Below, piece after piece: positions 37,795 through 50,819 of a stretch of DNA of 64,000 nt. The position numbers and the translations under genes were made by a program. The first letter of the stretch is position 1. Each line of letters opens with the position of its first letter. The notes below the pieces were generated by a model. That model was not told the DNA's origin. It ran no database searches and saw only the letters and a program-made list of their open reading frames with translations. Origin of the DNA: Octopus vulgaris (lineage: Eukaryota); NCBI GenBank assembly GCA_951406725.2, contig OX597814.1, forward strand, positions 214,086,001 to 214,150,000. Reading direction: 5' to 3'.

Positions 37795-38584
37795 AGGTGG
37801 TGAGCTGGCAGAAACGATAGCACGCCGGGCGAAATTCGTAGCCGTATTTCGACTGCCGTTACGTTCTGAGTTCAAATTCTGCCGAGGTCGACTCTGCCTT
37901 TCATCCTTTCGGGGTCGATTAAATAAGTACCAGTTACGCACTGGGCTCGATGTAATCGACTTAATACCTATGTCTGTCCTTGTTTGTCCTCTCTGTGTTT
38001 AGCCCCTTGTGGGTAGTAAAGAAATAGGTATTTCGTCTGCCATTACGTTCTGAGTTCAGATTCCGCTGAGGTCGACTTTGCCTTTCATCCCTTTCGGGGT
38101 CGATTAAATAAGTACCAGTTACGCACTGGGGGTCGATGTAATCGACTTAATACCTATGTCTGTCCTTGTTTGTCCTCTCTGTGTTTAGCCCCTTGTGGGT
38201 AATAAAGAAATAGGTATTTCGTCTGCCATTACGTTGTGAGTTCAAATTCCACCGAGGTTGACTTTGCTTTTCATCCCTTTCGGGGTCGATTAAATAAGTA
38301 CCAGTTACGCAGTGGGGTCGATGTAATCGACTTAATACCTATGTCTGTCTTCTCTGTGTTTAGCCCCTTGTGGGTAATATAGAAATAGGTATTTCGTCTG
38401 CCATTACGTTGTGAGTTCAAATTCCGCCGAGGTCGACTTTGCCTTTCATCCCTTTCGGGGTCGATTAAATAAGTACCAGTTACGCACTGGGGGTCGTTGT
38501 AATCGACTTAATACCTATGTCTGTCCTTGTTTGTCCTCTCTGTGTTTAGCCACTTGTGGGTAATGGGTAGTATAGAAATAGGTA
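37795..38584 (+). mobile_element. Tandem tetramer of SINE B
   Basis: One head, then repeated bodies starting GTATTTCG at 37844, 38028, 38214 and 38389. Confidence 0.92.
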
Positions 38585-39746
38585 TGAAGCAGTGGATTAT
38601 GTAAGTTGTGTTCTGGGTAAATGAGAATTGAGCATATGGAGGAAGTCGGGGATAGGATGTGAGGTATGTGTGAGGAGGACCTTGCTAACACATTTTAAAC
38701 TCCTTGTTCAGTCGCATACGTAGATCCCTGTTCACTCGCACTCACACACAAACCTACTTCACTTCAGTTCACTAATACCTCCCACCCCCACCTCCATGTG
38801 CTTGTCATACTTATTTTCTTTACTATAACACTATCTCTCTCTTTTGCTCAAAACACAACTTCCTATCTTTCATTCAAGCATGTCGAAACTCTAACCCAAT
38901 ATCGCCCCTCCTCCTCCTTCCCTTCCATTTCTTTTTTATATATTTTCTTTCTCTCTGTTGACTTTGTACATTTGTTCATTTTTTTCTTCTACTTTTTTTT
39001 TTGGTCTTTTGCCCTGTTTTTTTCTCTTTGTCTTACCTGGATATCACCTTCCGCAATACTTTGTTTTCTGATGCAACAAAAAGCATTCAAGTTTGCAACT
39101 TTGGTCGTAATTCTGATGAGTATTTACACACAGAAGGCTTAAAGTTTATTTTACTGACCTAAATGACTCACCAGGTCATTTGGTCTTCAGAATTTTTCTC
39201 ATTTTATTTTTTTTCTTCTTTCTTCCTTGTTAGTCATAATTCCCTTTCTGAAAGATTCTAACACATTCAAATGTGTGTATTATGTGCATAGGTGTGTGTG
39301 TGTGAGCATATTGGAAATATATAATAGTACTTATTAAGTAAAGGTGGTTTCATTGTAATTCCATGTAGGTGTTGGTACCTTGTCATACATAGTATTTTCA
39401 CATTCACTGTTCAAAATTGTTTTCAGGTGAGATAGATATACATATGAGGTAAACAGTTTTTTTACTGTATAAACTAGACAATCCACTTGTCACTTACCTG
39501 AGTAAATCCAACAAATTCAGAATTAGCAATGTTGGTCTGTTCTCTCTGCCAATATTTACTTTATATTTACTCACCCCCTCACCCCACCCCCTTGTAGTTT
39601 TGCCATCACTTTTCTGTTTTCTTAAAGAGCAACCAAAGTATTAAGGTTTGGACCAGTCTGATACAGTGATGTCACCTAATTAAATATCTACCTGTAAAGT
39701 CTCTTTAATCTTCTCTATGACAAGTTTTGTTTATTTATTTACATTT

Positions 39747-39790
<44 letters not shown>

Positions 39791-39985
39791 ACATATGATT
39801 TGAGCTTTTATAATTTAGGCTTGATTACCTAATTTTACCTGTGATTATAGGTAAAACTGAATTTCATGAATTGGTTTTCCTATCAGTTGAAAATCTATGG
39901 TAAAAATGGTGTATTATCCCATACCTTCAATACTTAAGCATCCCTACCAAGATTTAGTGTCCTTCTAATTTTACGCGCACACACA

Positions 39986-40065
<80 letters not shown>

Positions 40066-40462
40066 CTTTCACTTGTTTCAGTCATTTGACTGTGGCCATG
40101 CTGGAGCACCGCCTTTAGTCGAGCAAATCAACCCCGGGACTTATTCTTTGTAAGCCCAGTACTTATTCTATCGGTCTCTTTTGCTGAACTGCTAAGTAAA
40201 GGGGACATAAACACACCAGCATAGGTTGTCAAGCAATGCTAGGGGGACAAACACACACGCACTAACATATACACACACACTTATATATATATACATATAT
40301 ACGACGGGCTTCTTTCAGTTTCCGTCTACCAAATCCACTCACAAGACATTGGTCGGCCTGAGGCTATAGTAGAAGACACTTGCCCAAGATGCCACGTAGT
40401 GGGACTGAACCCGGAACCATGTGGTTGGTAAGCAAGCTACTTACCACACAGCCACTCCTGCA

Positions 40463-40464
<2 letters not shown>
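40066..40464 (-). mobile_element. SINE family A
   Basis: Full length, embedded in (TA)n. Confidence 0.9.
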
Positions 40465-40499
<35 letters not shown>

Positions 40500-41032
40500 A
40501 TAAGTTCTTTGAAGTGAAGGTTTCCCTATGCTTTCCCTATGCAATGTTTTCAAATTGGAATGTTTTCTCCACCCCCTCACATGCAGTCCTTCTGTGGCTT
40601 GAGACAGTGTTGTTAGAAATCTCTGAATGATATAATGTTTGATGTCAACTAACTCGGATATCTAACCTAAATGAAGTGTGAGTAACAGCATAGGTATTTT
40701 GGTACTGTGTCACTGAATGTAAATGCTCTTTTATAAGTGTTGTTAAAATGAGTAGAAAGAGAATAAGGACAGCCAATCTCAAGTTGGTATGGTTTGAACT
40801 GTAGAAAGGGCAGTTAAAAATGCCACTTAAAATGGGAAGCAGTAAATGATTTTAGGGCTGATATATATATTTTTTTTTTGTTTCTAATTGAAGGTACTTT
40901 CTGAAGGTTTCTAATACATGCTCATATTAGATATTCAAGTTATGTCTATTAAAAGCTCATAAAAATGTTTAGTATTATTGATGTGTAGCTTGAACTGTTT
41001 TCAATGAAGTATTGATTAGTACTATTACAATG

Positions 41033-41069
<37 letters not shown>

Positions 41070-41071
<2 letters not shown>

Positions 41072-41788
41072 CTTCCTAACCACATGGTTCCGGGTTCAGT
41101 CTCACTGCATGGCACCTTGGGTAGGTGTCTTCTTCTATAGTCTTAGGTCAACCAAAGCCTGTCGTGTGTGTGTTTCTGTCTGTGTTTGTCCCCTACCACC
41201 AACATTTGACAACTGGTATTGGTGTGTCTGTAGCCCTGTAACTTAGCAGTTCAGCAAAAGGGACTGATAGAATAAGTACCAGGTTTAAAAAAGAAGTACT
41301 GGGGTTGATTCATTCAACTAACAATTCAAGGTGGTGCCCCAGCATGGCCACAGTCTGACTGAAACAAGTAAAAGATATATAAAGATTTATATATAGGCAT
41401 AGGAGAGGCTGTGTGGTAAGTAGCTTGCTTACGAACTACATGGTTCTGGGTTCAGTGCCACTGCGTGGCACCTTGGGCAAGTGTCTTCTACTATAGCCTC
41501 GGGCCAACCAAAGCCTTCTGAGTGGATTTGGTAGACGGAAACTGAAAGAAGCCCATCGTATGTAATATATATATATTTATTTATGTGTATTTGTGTGACT
41601 GTTTGTCCCTACAACATCGCTTGACATCCGATGCTGGTGTGTTTACATCCCTGAAACTTAGCAGTTCGGCAAAAGAGGCCGATAGAATAAGTACTAGGCT
41701 TACAAAGAATAAGTCCTGGGGGATCGATGTGCTCGCCTAAAGGTGGTGCTCCAGCATGGCCACAGTCAAATGACTGAAACAAGTAAAA
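41070..41788 (+). mobile_element. Two tandem SINE A copies (older 41070-41375; 41395-41788)
   Basis: Head, CORE-like segment and tail are recognisable in both. Confidence 0.85.
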
Positions 41789-42760
41789 GTGTATTTATAA
41801 ATATATATATAAGTATATTTATTTATATAAATCCTTATTGATTTCTTTCCATGCGAAACCTGATTTAAAAAAAAAAAGAAATTAAAAGTCATGTTTAACA
41901 TTGACCTTTTGTTATGATTTCATGCATAAACTGTATTACAATTACTCTCCTTTTGAAGTTATATCTTACTAATCATCACTTAATATTTACTAAGTGCCAT
42001 CTATCAATTCCCTCACACATAGCCTAAATGTGTTGGAATTTCTTTTTCTATCTGAATGATTATGAAGTCCATCAAACAAATTTGCTAACCTGGTTTATAG
42101 AGCTACTTCCCAGCCATCATAGCTTCCCACCAGGTGTAACAGTTTTGGTAATTACAGCTTTAATGCCAAAATGTCAGCATACCTGTTAAGCACTTGTTGT
42201 CATCTTTCTCTTTCTGCTTTGGTTTTTTTTTTTTTTTTTTTTCCCCACTTTATTTTATATATTTTCATTCTTTTCTTAACATGCCTGCCATATGTCTCTC
42301 AGCTATTTCAAAAATGCTTTCATAAAATAGGTATTTGAACTCAATTACCTTCTTAAGGATAATTTTCAACTAATATTTAATTTTTATTTATTTTTATTTA
42401 TCTATTTATTTTAGATAAATAATTTCTAAAATAGTTACAAATGCAACATATAAATGATAAAGAAAAGTTCTGGGTTTGGCACAGATTTTATGAATTGCCT
42501 TATCTAGAGCAGCAAGTGCCAGAATTGGTTGATAAAATTCTTTAATTTTTAGTTAAATCCTTTTACATTCAGAGTTCAAATACTGCTAGGGTCAACTTCA
42601 GTTTTTTTTTTCTTTTTTCTTTTTTTCTCTCCAGGACCAATAAAATAAAATAGCAGCCGAGAGTTTCGTATCAATATAATAGCCATTACTTTCTCAAAAA
42701 TTGATGCTCCCCATGGTAAAAATCAGATTGCTTGCCTATCTGATGTTTTCAGAGAGCATT

Positions 42761-43192
42761 TTAACCATTTGTTGCTATATTTCTGTTGAAATACACAACT
42801 ATTGTTTCAATTAATTTAGACCATAGTAAAGAATTTAGTAAAATAATTTCATCATTATTAACCTGGTGTTTGGGACATAAATTATGAAATTTTGATGGGA
42901 AGTTTAGATCACTTTAACTCTTTAGCATTCAGATTTCTTTGTCAAATCTAATATTTATTTATTCACATTGTTTCAAATTAATCATGCATTATCTTGTAGC
43001 TTCAAGATTTGAAAACCATGATTGTCTGTTTTTAAAATGACATTATAGGGTAGGTTGGATCTGGTCAGTTTTAGCCTAAAACACATAGAATGTTTGGACC
43101 AGTTATGGCAGTTTACATGCTAAAGGGTTAAAACTGGAAGTTTGAATCATAGAACCAGAGACATTGAGGTAGATTTGGTATCAAAAGGATTA
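42761..43192. mobile_element. Older TTAA MITE with nested MITE2 (~42914-43131)
   Basis: TTAAC..GGGTTAA ends. Same nesting pattern as at 23.8 kb. Confidence 0.7.
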
Positions 43193-43809
43193 ATCTGAAA
43201 ATGAGGACATTGTCTCATCTAACTGTGAATATTTCTGTAGAGATTGTGTAAAACAATTCTTACTTAAAAGTATTTGTGTTTGTATTAATAATGGTTCTTT
43301 GTATATACTCCAAAGAGTTTTAGGTGTTATAGTTTAACCGGCATCTTTGCCTTCAGTATTTACAAACATCTTTACATTCTGAGCTTAAATCCCGTTGGAG
43401 TTAAATTTACCTTGTTATTTATCGTCAACGGTTATCTGATATCTATCGTTAAGTCAGGTTATAATTTAATTTGAAATCATATTTAGAAATTTGGTTATTT
43501 CTAGTTCTGATCATAATTTTCACTCATTTTACAGCCATTTGCATAGATTAAGAGACTTTGTCATACTTCACTCGAGTAATTGACAACACATTTGAAGTTA
43601 ATTAATGGGTTTGTGTATATGTGTATATAAATTCTCTCATGTGGTAAAAGGTGTAAAACCATATCTTTTACCATCAGAAAGAATTTTTTCTCCAGAGTAA
43701 CTGCTGTGAATTTGACGTTTATCCATGCTAGCGTGGAAAACGGACGTTAAATGATGATGATGATGATGTCACAAACATATTTTAGCTAAACTAAAGCTCA
43801 TTTATTCCC

Positions 43810-44240
43810 TATTTCTTTATTGCCCACAAGGGGCTAAACATAGAGGGGAACAAACAAGGACAGACAAACGGATTAAGTTGATTATATCGACCCCAGTGTG
43901 TAATAAATAATAATAATCATCGTTTAACGTCCGTTCTCCATACTAGCATGGGTTGGATGGTTTGACCGGGGATCTGGGAAGCCAGAAGGCTGCACCAGGC
44001 TCCGGTCTTATCTGGCAGTGTTTCTACAGCTGGATGCCCTTCCTAACGCCAACCACTCCGTGAGTGTAGTGGGTGCTTTTTACGTGCCACCTGCACGTAA
44101 CTGGTACTTAATTTATCGACCCTGAAAGGATGAAAGGCAAAGTCGACCTTGGCGGAATTTGAACTCAGAACGTTAAGACAGACAAAATACCGCTAAGCAT
44201 TTCGTCTGGCATGCTAATGCTTCTGCCAGCATGCCGCCTT
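43810..44240 (-). mobile_element. SINE B with a nested family D copy (~43904-44096)
   Basis: B resumes at GTAACTGGTAC after the D copy. Short GTAA duplication. Confidence 0.85.
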
Positions 44241-45486
44241 ATTTATTCCTAATTACTGCTTGGCACTGATGCTCATTTATTCCTAATCACTGCTTGGCAC
44301 TGATGCTGCTATTTTTATTCCAGCCAGATGATCCACTAACGCAACTCAGTCACTGATGTCTACTTTTTAGTTAAAGCTATGACTCTGAATCTGCCCAGGG
44401 TTATCTCTGTTCAGTATTTCCCACTGAGAGCCAGAAATACATGTCTGGGAAAACAAGCTAGAGGAAGTACTGGGCAGACATAGTGTTTTTACACCTTTTA
44501 CCATGAGAGAACTTTTTCTCCATGCTAACTGCAATTAATTTTCTTTTAGAAATTAAAAAATAAATCACAAACATATTTTAACTTATCTAAAATTCATATA
44601 CATACGTGTGTGTGTAAGTCTTTAAACTTCTGTTGACAAAACTTACTGATATTTTTACAGTAATGAAAAACAAGAGCATTTTTGCAAAACATGAATAAAA
44701 CTTAAAAGATATAAGAAGCGTATGATTATTTAAAATTCTGTCAAAAAAATACTACAGCTGATAAAGAATGTTTATATATACTTCAGAAGTCAAGTTGTCT
44801 TTTTTAGTATAAAAATGCAAGTTGATTGATCATCCCAGTCTCATGGGCATTAGGATATTTTTAATAATACATCTGAAATGTGCTGAATTTGTTGTCTTGA
44901 AAGTCTGTATGTGAACACTCCTCCTGTTTAAAACCTGATGTACATACTTCTCAATTAAGGTTTGGTTTCCTGGGAATTGGGCAGTTATGTTCTAGGATTG
45001 CCTTGTTAGGAATTGGTTATTAAGGTTTGGTCTCTTGGGAAGTAGGTAACCACAAATGTATAAAGATTTACAAAGGGTGTGTCTTTTGGTAAATTAATTA
45101 AGTTGCTTGTTTGTTTATTTGTTTTTCTTTTAAATTTCAGCATCAGTGTATTTTATCTGTGATTCTGATATACATTTTCTTAGCCAATGTAGTATTTTTT
45201 TATGATCAACAATAATTTGAATATTTAATTGCTTTTGACTAGAAAATACACCTGTGTGAGAAAGTGTCCTATTTAGCCAGCATTGACAGAAATATCAGCC
45301 AAATTATACCCTATTGTCATAAAATGGTAAGGACACATTAGGTCTTGTAGTTCCAGACGTATAAAAAGATTGGGTGGATAAGTTAGAATGCTTTTCATCA
45401 TAGGTCTGCTTGAGGAGAGATAACATTTGGCTAAGCAGTAATAATCTTATCCTGTGTTAAACTTTTTTCTTTTATAAGATTTACAT

Positions 45487-45670
45487 GGCGCAGGAGTGGC
45501 TGTGTGGTAAGTAGTTTGCTTACGAACCACATGGTTCCGGGTTCAGTCCCACTGCATGGCACCTTGGGCAAGTGTCTTCTACTGTAGCCTCGGGCTGACC
45601 AAAGCCTTGTGAGTGGATTTGGTAGACAGAAACTGAAAAGATGCCCGTCGCATATATGAGTATATATATA
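45487..45670 (+). mobile_element. SINE A 5' half ending at its internal (TA)n
   Basis: Head through GCCCGTCG, then joined to an antisense HHR-bearing repeat. Confidence 0.85.
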
Positions 45671-45671
45671 T

Positions 45672-45880
45672 AACGGGAAGCTTTATGAAAATAAACAAAA
45701 GACGAAGGCAGGTGGAATACAAACAAACAATTGTATTAGTATGGTGCTCAGGAATATAAATAAAACAAGTCTTTTACGTTTCGAGCCTACGCTCTTCAAC
45801 AGAAAGATACACAGAAAAGAAACACAGAAAAGAAACAGAGAGAAACAAGGAGAGAAAAAAAATGCGTGCAGAAGCTGGCG
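45672..45880 (-). mobile_element. Penelope pLTR-like / retrozyme-like repeat related to 61823-62221
   Basis: Minus strand has a pyrimidine-rich leader, an HHR, then TTCCTGAGC..TAATAC..TTCCAC..TTTTCAT as in the 61.8-kb units. Confidence 0.65.
45771..45806 (-). ncRNA. Minimal type I hammerhead motif (core variant CUGUUGA)
   Basis: CUUU-CUGUUGA-A-GAGC(GUAG)GCUC-GAAA-CG-UA-AAAG. Helices I and II pair; the conserved A6 is changed to U. Confidence 0.65.
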
Positions 45881-46954
45881 ATGAAATGTTTAGTGGAAGT
45901 TGGTAATTGGAAACTGTGCAAAAGTCTGTTGTGAGTGGATGTATGTGTGTCTTTGTTTTTGTTTCTCATCACTTGGCAACCAGCGTTGGTTTGTTTCTAT
46001 CTCCATAACTTAGTGGTTCAGCAAAATGTGGCCAATAGAATCAGTACTAGACTTTAGTTGATTAATCAACTAGACCGTTCTGGGCATTGCTCTAACATGG
46101 CCACAATACAATGACTGAAACAAAATAAATAATTCTTTCTAAGGTGGGGGGGTAGTCGATTACATCAATCCCAGTGCTTTATATTCCCTCACTCTTTATA
46201 TGTACTCCCTTCTTCTTTCATTAACCCCAAAAGGATGAAAGGCAAAGTCAGCCTCAGTGGAATTTGAGCTCAGAGTTTAAAGATTGGTGGAATTCCACAA
46301 AGCATTTTGCCCAACATACTAATGATTCTGCCAGCTCACCACCTTAAACAAGTTAAATAATAAAAGAACAATTCTGTGTATGTGTTTCAATTAATTTAGG
46401 AAATATTGAAGAATTTGTCAGGATTTAGTAATATAACAGAAAAAAATTTTAGTATCATAAAATTAAACCCAGTCTTGTGTAGGTTAGTATCAAAAGGTTT
46501 AAAATGTATTATGCTTAAACTGCTAAGCTTACTGTGTTTCCAGCACTATGAGTCAGTAGGTTTTGTAAAATTACAATATTTTAAAAATGCTGTGAATTAA
46601 AGAATTCAGGAATTTCATTTTCTATTCAGTATCATTTAAAATAATAACAGCCATCTTTTTGATCAGCATCATGCTTTCACTTTTACATTTATTTTAAAGA
46701 TATGCAAATATGATAAGAATTGGCAAGTTTCACTTGTAAAATTTCCCCTTAAATTTAAAAAAGAAAATTCTAATTAAGTTTTTTATTGATTAGATAATTT
46801 AAACAAATTTAAATTGTTAAACTAGTAGTATGGATTTAATTAATCAATAATTTTTCAATCATAAAAATTTGTAGAAACCAATCCTAATAGGAAAAAGACA
46901 TCCGTCTTTAAATAAATATTTCCTTAAAACTTCCTCTGTCACCTCTTTTTTAAG

Positions 46955-46985
<31 letters not shown>

Positions 46986-47669
46986 TTCTTCCTTATTCAT
47001 TTTTTATATTCCCTCTCATCTCAATATGCACCCCTCCCTCTCTCTCTCTCTCTGCACTTGCCCCCCCCCTATCCACACTCGCCTTGTTTTCCACATGTTT
47101 TGCTTCCGCTTTTTTCATAGCTTAGTTTCTTAGTTCTACAAATGTATTTATAAATTGTTGGTGCAGATATGTTACGCCGGGATACTTCACTTGGAAATGG
47201 GTGTGGATCTATTTTACAAGGAAAATACTTTGGGGAGTATTCTGCATGACATCTATAAATAATGGTTGAGTCTCACATATGTAATATACTGAGCTAAAAA
47301 AACATTTTCAATTAACTAAGATTTTTGTTGCAAGTAGAAGACAAGAATTCCTGCTAGGGTGTTTAGAATTTAAGCACAGTAAGTAAGCAACTCCAGCAAT
47401 ATCAGCGAATTCAAATTTTTGGGAAATTGGTGAATATGCTCGGCTGATGAGATTTAACAAGATCAAAACATATCTATTAATTTTTACCAATTGTCTTCAA
47501 AAGGCAAAAATCCACTCCTGACTGCTGACTGCTTTGTCAATATTTTCCAAAACTTTCAACTAGCTGACATTACTAAAGTTTTTGATTGTTAGTTTCTGTT
47601 GTTAAACACGTCTTAGTGAGAGATTTTGTCTTTCAGTTGTAAGGAAAATTTTAAAGTTTTTTAATGCTC

Positions 47670-48017
47670 GATCTTTGCGTGATCGTTGCCAGAGCGGCAA
47701 AATGGCTTCTGTGCCGGTGGCATGTAAGAGGCACCATTCGAGCGGGATTTGTTACAAGCATCACCTTACTGGCACCTGTGCCATTGGAATGTGTAAAAAG
47801 ATTCGAGCGAGGTCGTTGCCTGACTGGTCCAGTGCCGGTGGCACGGAAAAGCACCCACTACATTCTCGGAGTGGTTGGCGTTAGGAAGGGCATCCAGCTG
47901 TAGAAACTCTACCAGATCAAGACTGGAGTCTGGTGCAGCCATCTGGTTCGCCAGCCCTCAGTAAAACCGTCCAACCCATGCTAGCATGGAAAGCGGACGT
48001 TAAGCGATGATGATGAT
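47670..48017 (+). mobile_element. Family D copy with diverged 5' units
   Basis: Three GTGCC..GG units, then core and tail. Confidence 0.82.
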
Positions 48018-48169
48018 CTTGTATACTGGAGATTCTATCATCATAGGCGTAGGCATGGCAGTGTTGTAAAAAGTTTGCTTTCCAACCACATGGCTTCGGG
48101 TTCAGTCCCACTGTGTGGCACTTTGGGCAAATGTCTTCTACTAAAGCAATAACCCAATCAAAGCCTTGT

Positions 48170-48466
48170 TCCTTCTTGAGCCACGCCTGGCTCATAAGGG
48201 CCGGTTTCCTGGTTTCCTTGGCGTATAGGTTCCCCACCTGGACGGGACGCCGGTCCGTCACAGGTGAGCTGCAAGATGCAGGAGGAAAGAGTGAGAGAAA
48301 GTTGTGGCGAAAGAATCAGCAGAAGTTCGCCATTACCTTCTGCCGGAGCCACATGAAGCTTAGGTGTTTCGCTCATAAACACACACATCGCCCGGTCTGA
48401 GATTCGAACCCACGATCCCTCGACTGCGAGTCCGCTGCTCTAACCGCCAGGCCATGTGCCTCCACG
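48170..48466 (-). mobile_element. SINE C nested in an old SINE A
   Basis: 13-bp TSD ATCAAAGCCTTGT (48157-48169, 48467-48479). Confidence 0.9.
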
Positions 48467-48532
48467 ATCAAAGCCTTGTGAGTGAATTTCGTAGACAGAA
48501 ACTAATAGAAGCCTGTCGTGTGTGTGTGTTTA

Positions 48533-48650
48533 TCATCATTGTTTGACCGTGGTCGAGACAATAGAATTTACTATGCTACGCCAGACTTCACGGTCCATCA
48601 TAGCATTACGGAGGTCCTGTTGCTGGATGCCTGTGTCCCTGGAGTTTATA
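48533..48650 (-). mobile_element. RTE/RTEX-type LINE 3' tip
   Basis: Minus strand SRDTGIQQQDLRNAMMDREVWRSIV* with a (TGA)n tail. Confidence 0.7.
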
Positions 48651-48954
48651 CATCCTCTGCCACTGCTTGACCTTCATTGCTAATTTGTTTACGTCCCCAT
48701 TACTTTGTGGTTTGGGCATAAGAAACCAATAGAGTATGTACCAGACAGTGTCTCGGCATGGTCACCTTGCAATGGTTGAAGCAATTAAAAGATAGCCTTA
48801 TCATCTAATCCATGTATAGTGACTATTAAGTGTTTTTATTAAATGTCATGAACTTCTAGAATGCCTTTTGAGTATTTTTTCAAATATAAAATTTTTTCTA
48901 AATGAGGACTTTTTATTATTGCTAAAGATTATATTTTGTGGAGTTGGAATGGTA

Positions 48955-49265
48955 GTTAGTTAGTTAGTTAATTTTTTGGCTCAAAAAGCAAAAAGCAAGG
49001 CCATGTAGGGGAACATGGAGTTATGTACAGGGTGGTGTTCATGTAAAGAGTTCAGGCCACTTGAGGTCAAGGGAGACTATGAACAAAGCGGTCGTCGGCA
49101 TCTTCACCATCTCGTCCGGCAGCTTATTCCACGGATCCGCAACCCGGACGGAGAAAGCCCCTCTCCTTCGATTGAGATGAAATCGTCGCAGATAGAGCTT
49201 TTCGGAATGACCCCGCAGCCAACAATCTGGAGCAGGAGTGAAGAACAGCTCTTTCGAGAGGTTAC
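48955..49265 (-). mobile_element. CR1-like LINE 3' fragment
   Basis: KLYLRRFHLNRRRGAFSVRVADPWNKLPDEMV with a (TAAC)n tail. Confidence 0.82.
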
Positions 49266-50125
49266 ACTTTCTGCTTATGATGTTGTGAGCGAGAATGAGA
49301 TAGAAAAAACATTGCCTAAATTCCCAAACTATGGAACTAATAATGTTAAAAATAAAATCTGAATAATTTTATAGAATTTCTTAGTTTAATAACATTTTTA
49401 TGAATGAGAAGAGAATCATGAACATCTCTCCACTTAAGATGCCTAGTTTACTCAGCAGCGGATTTTGAGTTGATTAGGATTATGTATAATTGAAAGGTGC
49501 ATCCTATATCTTAATCCACTTTACTAAACTTATAGAGTAAAAAAAAAAAAAGGGAATAAATCTATATTTAGTATCCTTGACCTTTCACTTAATCACACGT
49601 GGCTACCAAAGTTCACCTGATGTTTAATCAATCACTGCCACAGAGTACAATTTTAATAAATTGATCTCCTTTGAATATATCTTCCATGTTAGAACCAGTG
49701 GTCTGCAATTTAAAGTTGCCACTTAAAGCTGACACCTGACTCGATCAGTGATTTATTGATTGAATTAAATAGGTTTTGCCACATATCCACTTTAATGAAA
49801 CACAATATTCTGAAGCTACACTCATATACTCACACATCTAATCTGTTTGCATGTTTTTCAATTTGTTGGGTTTTTCTTTTTTTAATTATTTAAGTATTTA
49901 AAAGATAACTGATTTTGTGCATGGATCTGGATATTCAAATCCTTTATTGGATAAATATTAGGTGTAACCATGTTGTTCACTGTGAATGAAACCAGTTTAA
50001 ATCCAGTTGTTAGGTAGTCCTAATTATCAGTGTGTGTGTGTGTGTGGTGAGAGAGAGAGAGAGAAAGAAAGAAAGAAAGTTAGATATTCTAAGTTTCCAA
50101 ATATTATAGAATATACAAAAGGGCA

Positions 50126-50537
50126 ATCATCATCGTTTAACGTCCGTCCTCCACACCAGCACGGGTCGGACGGTTCGACCGGGGTCTGGGAAGCCATGGT
50201 CTGCATCAGGCTCCAGTCTGATCTGGCAGTGTTTCTACAGCTGGATGCCCTTCCTAATGCCAACCACTCCACGAGTGTAGTGGGTGCTTTTTACGTGCCA
50301 CCTGCACAGGTGCCAGGGGGGTCTGACATCGGCCACGATCGGTTGGTGCTTTTAACGTGCCACCGGCACAGAAGCCAGTCGAGGCGGCGCTGGCATCGGC
50401 CACGTTCGGATGGTGCTTTTTATGTGCCACCGACACAGAAGCCAGCCAAGGCGGAGCTGGCATCGGCCACGTTCGGATGGTGCTTTTTATGTGCCACCGG
50501 CACAGAAGCCAGTCGAGGTGGCGCTGGCAACGGCCAC
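50126..50537 (-). mobile_element. Family D copy with four 5' tandem units (~67 bp)
   Basis: Repeated GTGGCCGATGCCAG..CTGGCTTCTGTGCCGGTGGCACATAAAAAGCACCATCCGAAC on the minus strand. Confidence 0.9.
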
Positions 50538-50819
50538 TGCAAAATCAGTTGAGCACCTAAGTGATTTGTGAGCAGAGAAATAAATGCTCATGCCTACATT
50601 ATGTAATGAGCATATTAGTTTCAGTCAAAGCTATAACCATATCACAGACAGGTAAATTAATACCATACCATATCATAGAACAATGCTTACCAAAACAAGA
50701 GCAGTAATTCAATATTTAAAAGAAGCAACAGTTATTTTAATGAGTTAATTACATGAGCCACAATTTATTAGAATTGGAAATAGGTGATGTGATGATGGAG
50801 AGGAAAGAACAGTCAGATC

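Noticed and set aside
47440-47478. HHR-like CTGATGA-GATTT..AGATC-AAAA-CATATC (and a weaker one at ~37672-37706 minus)
   Set aside because: Helix II is plausible but GAAA or the core is mutated and helix I does not pair. Too degenerate to call without a family consensus.
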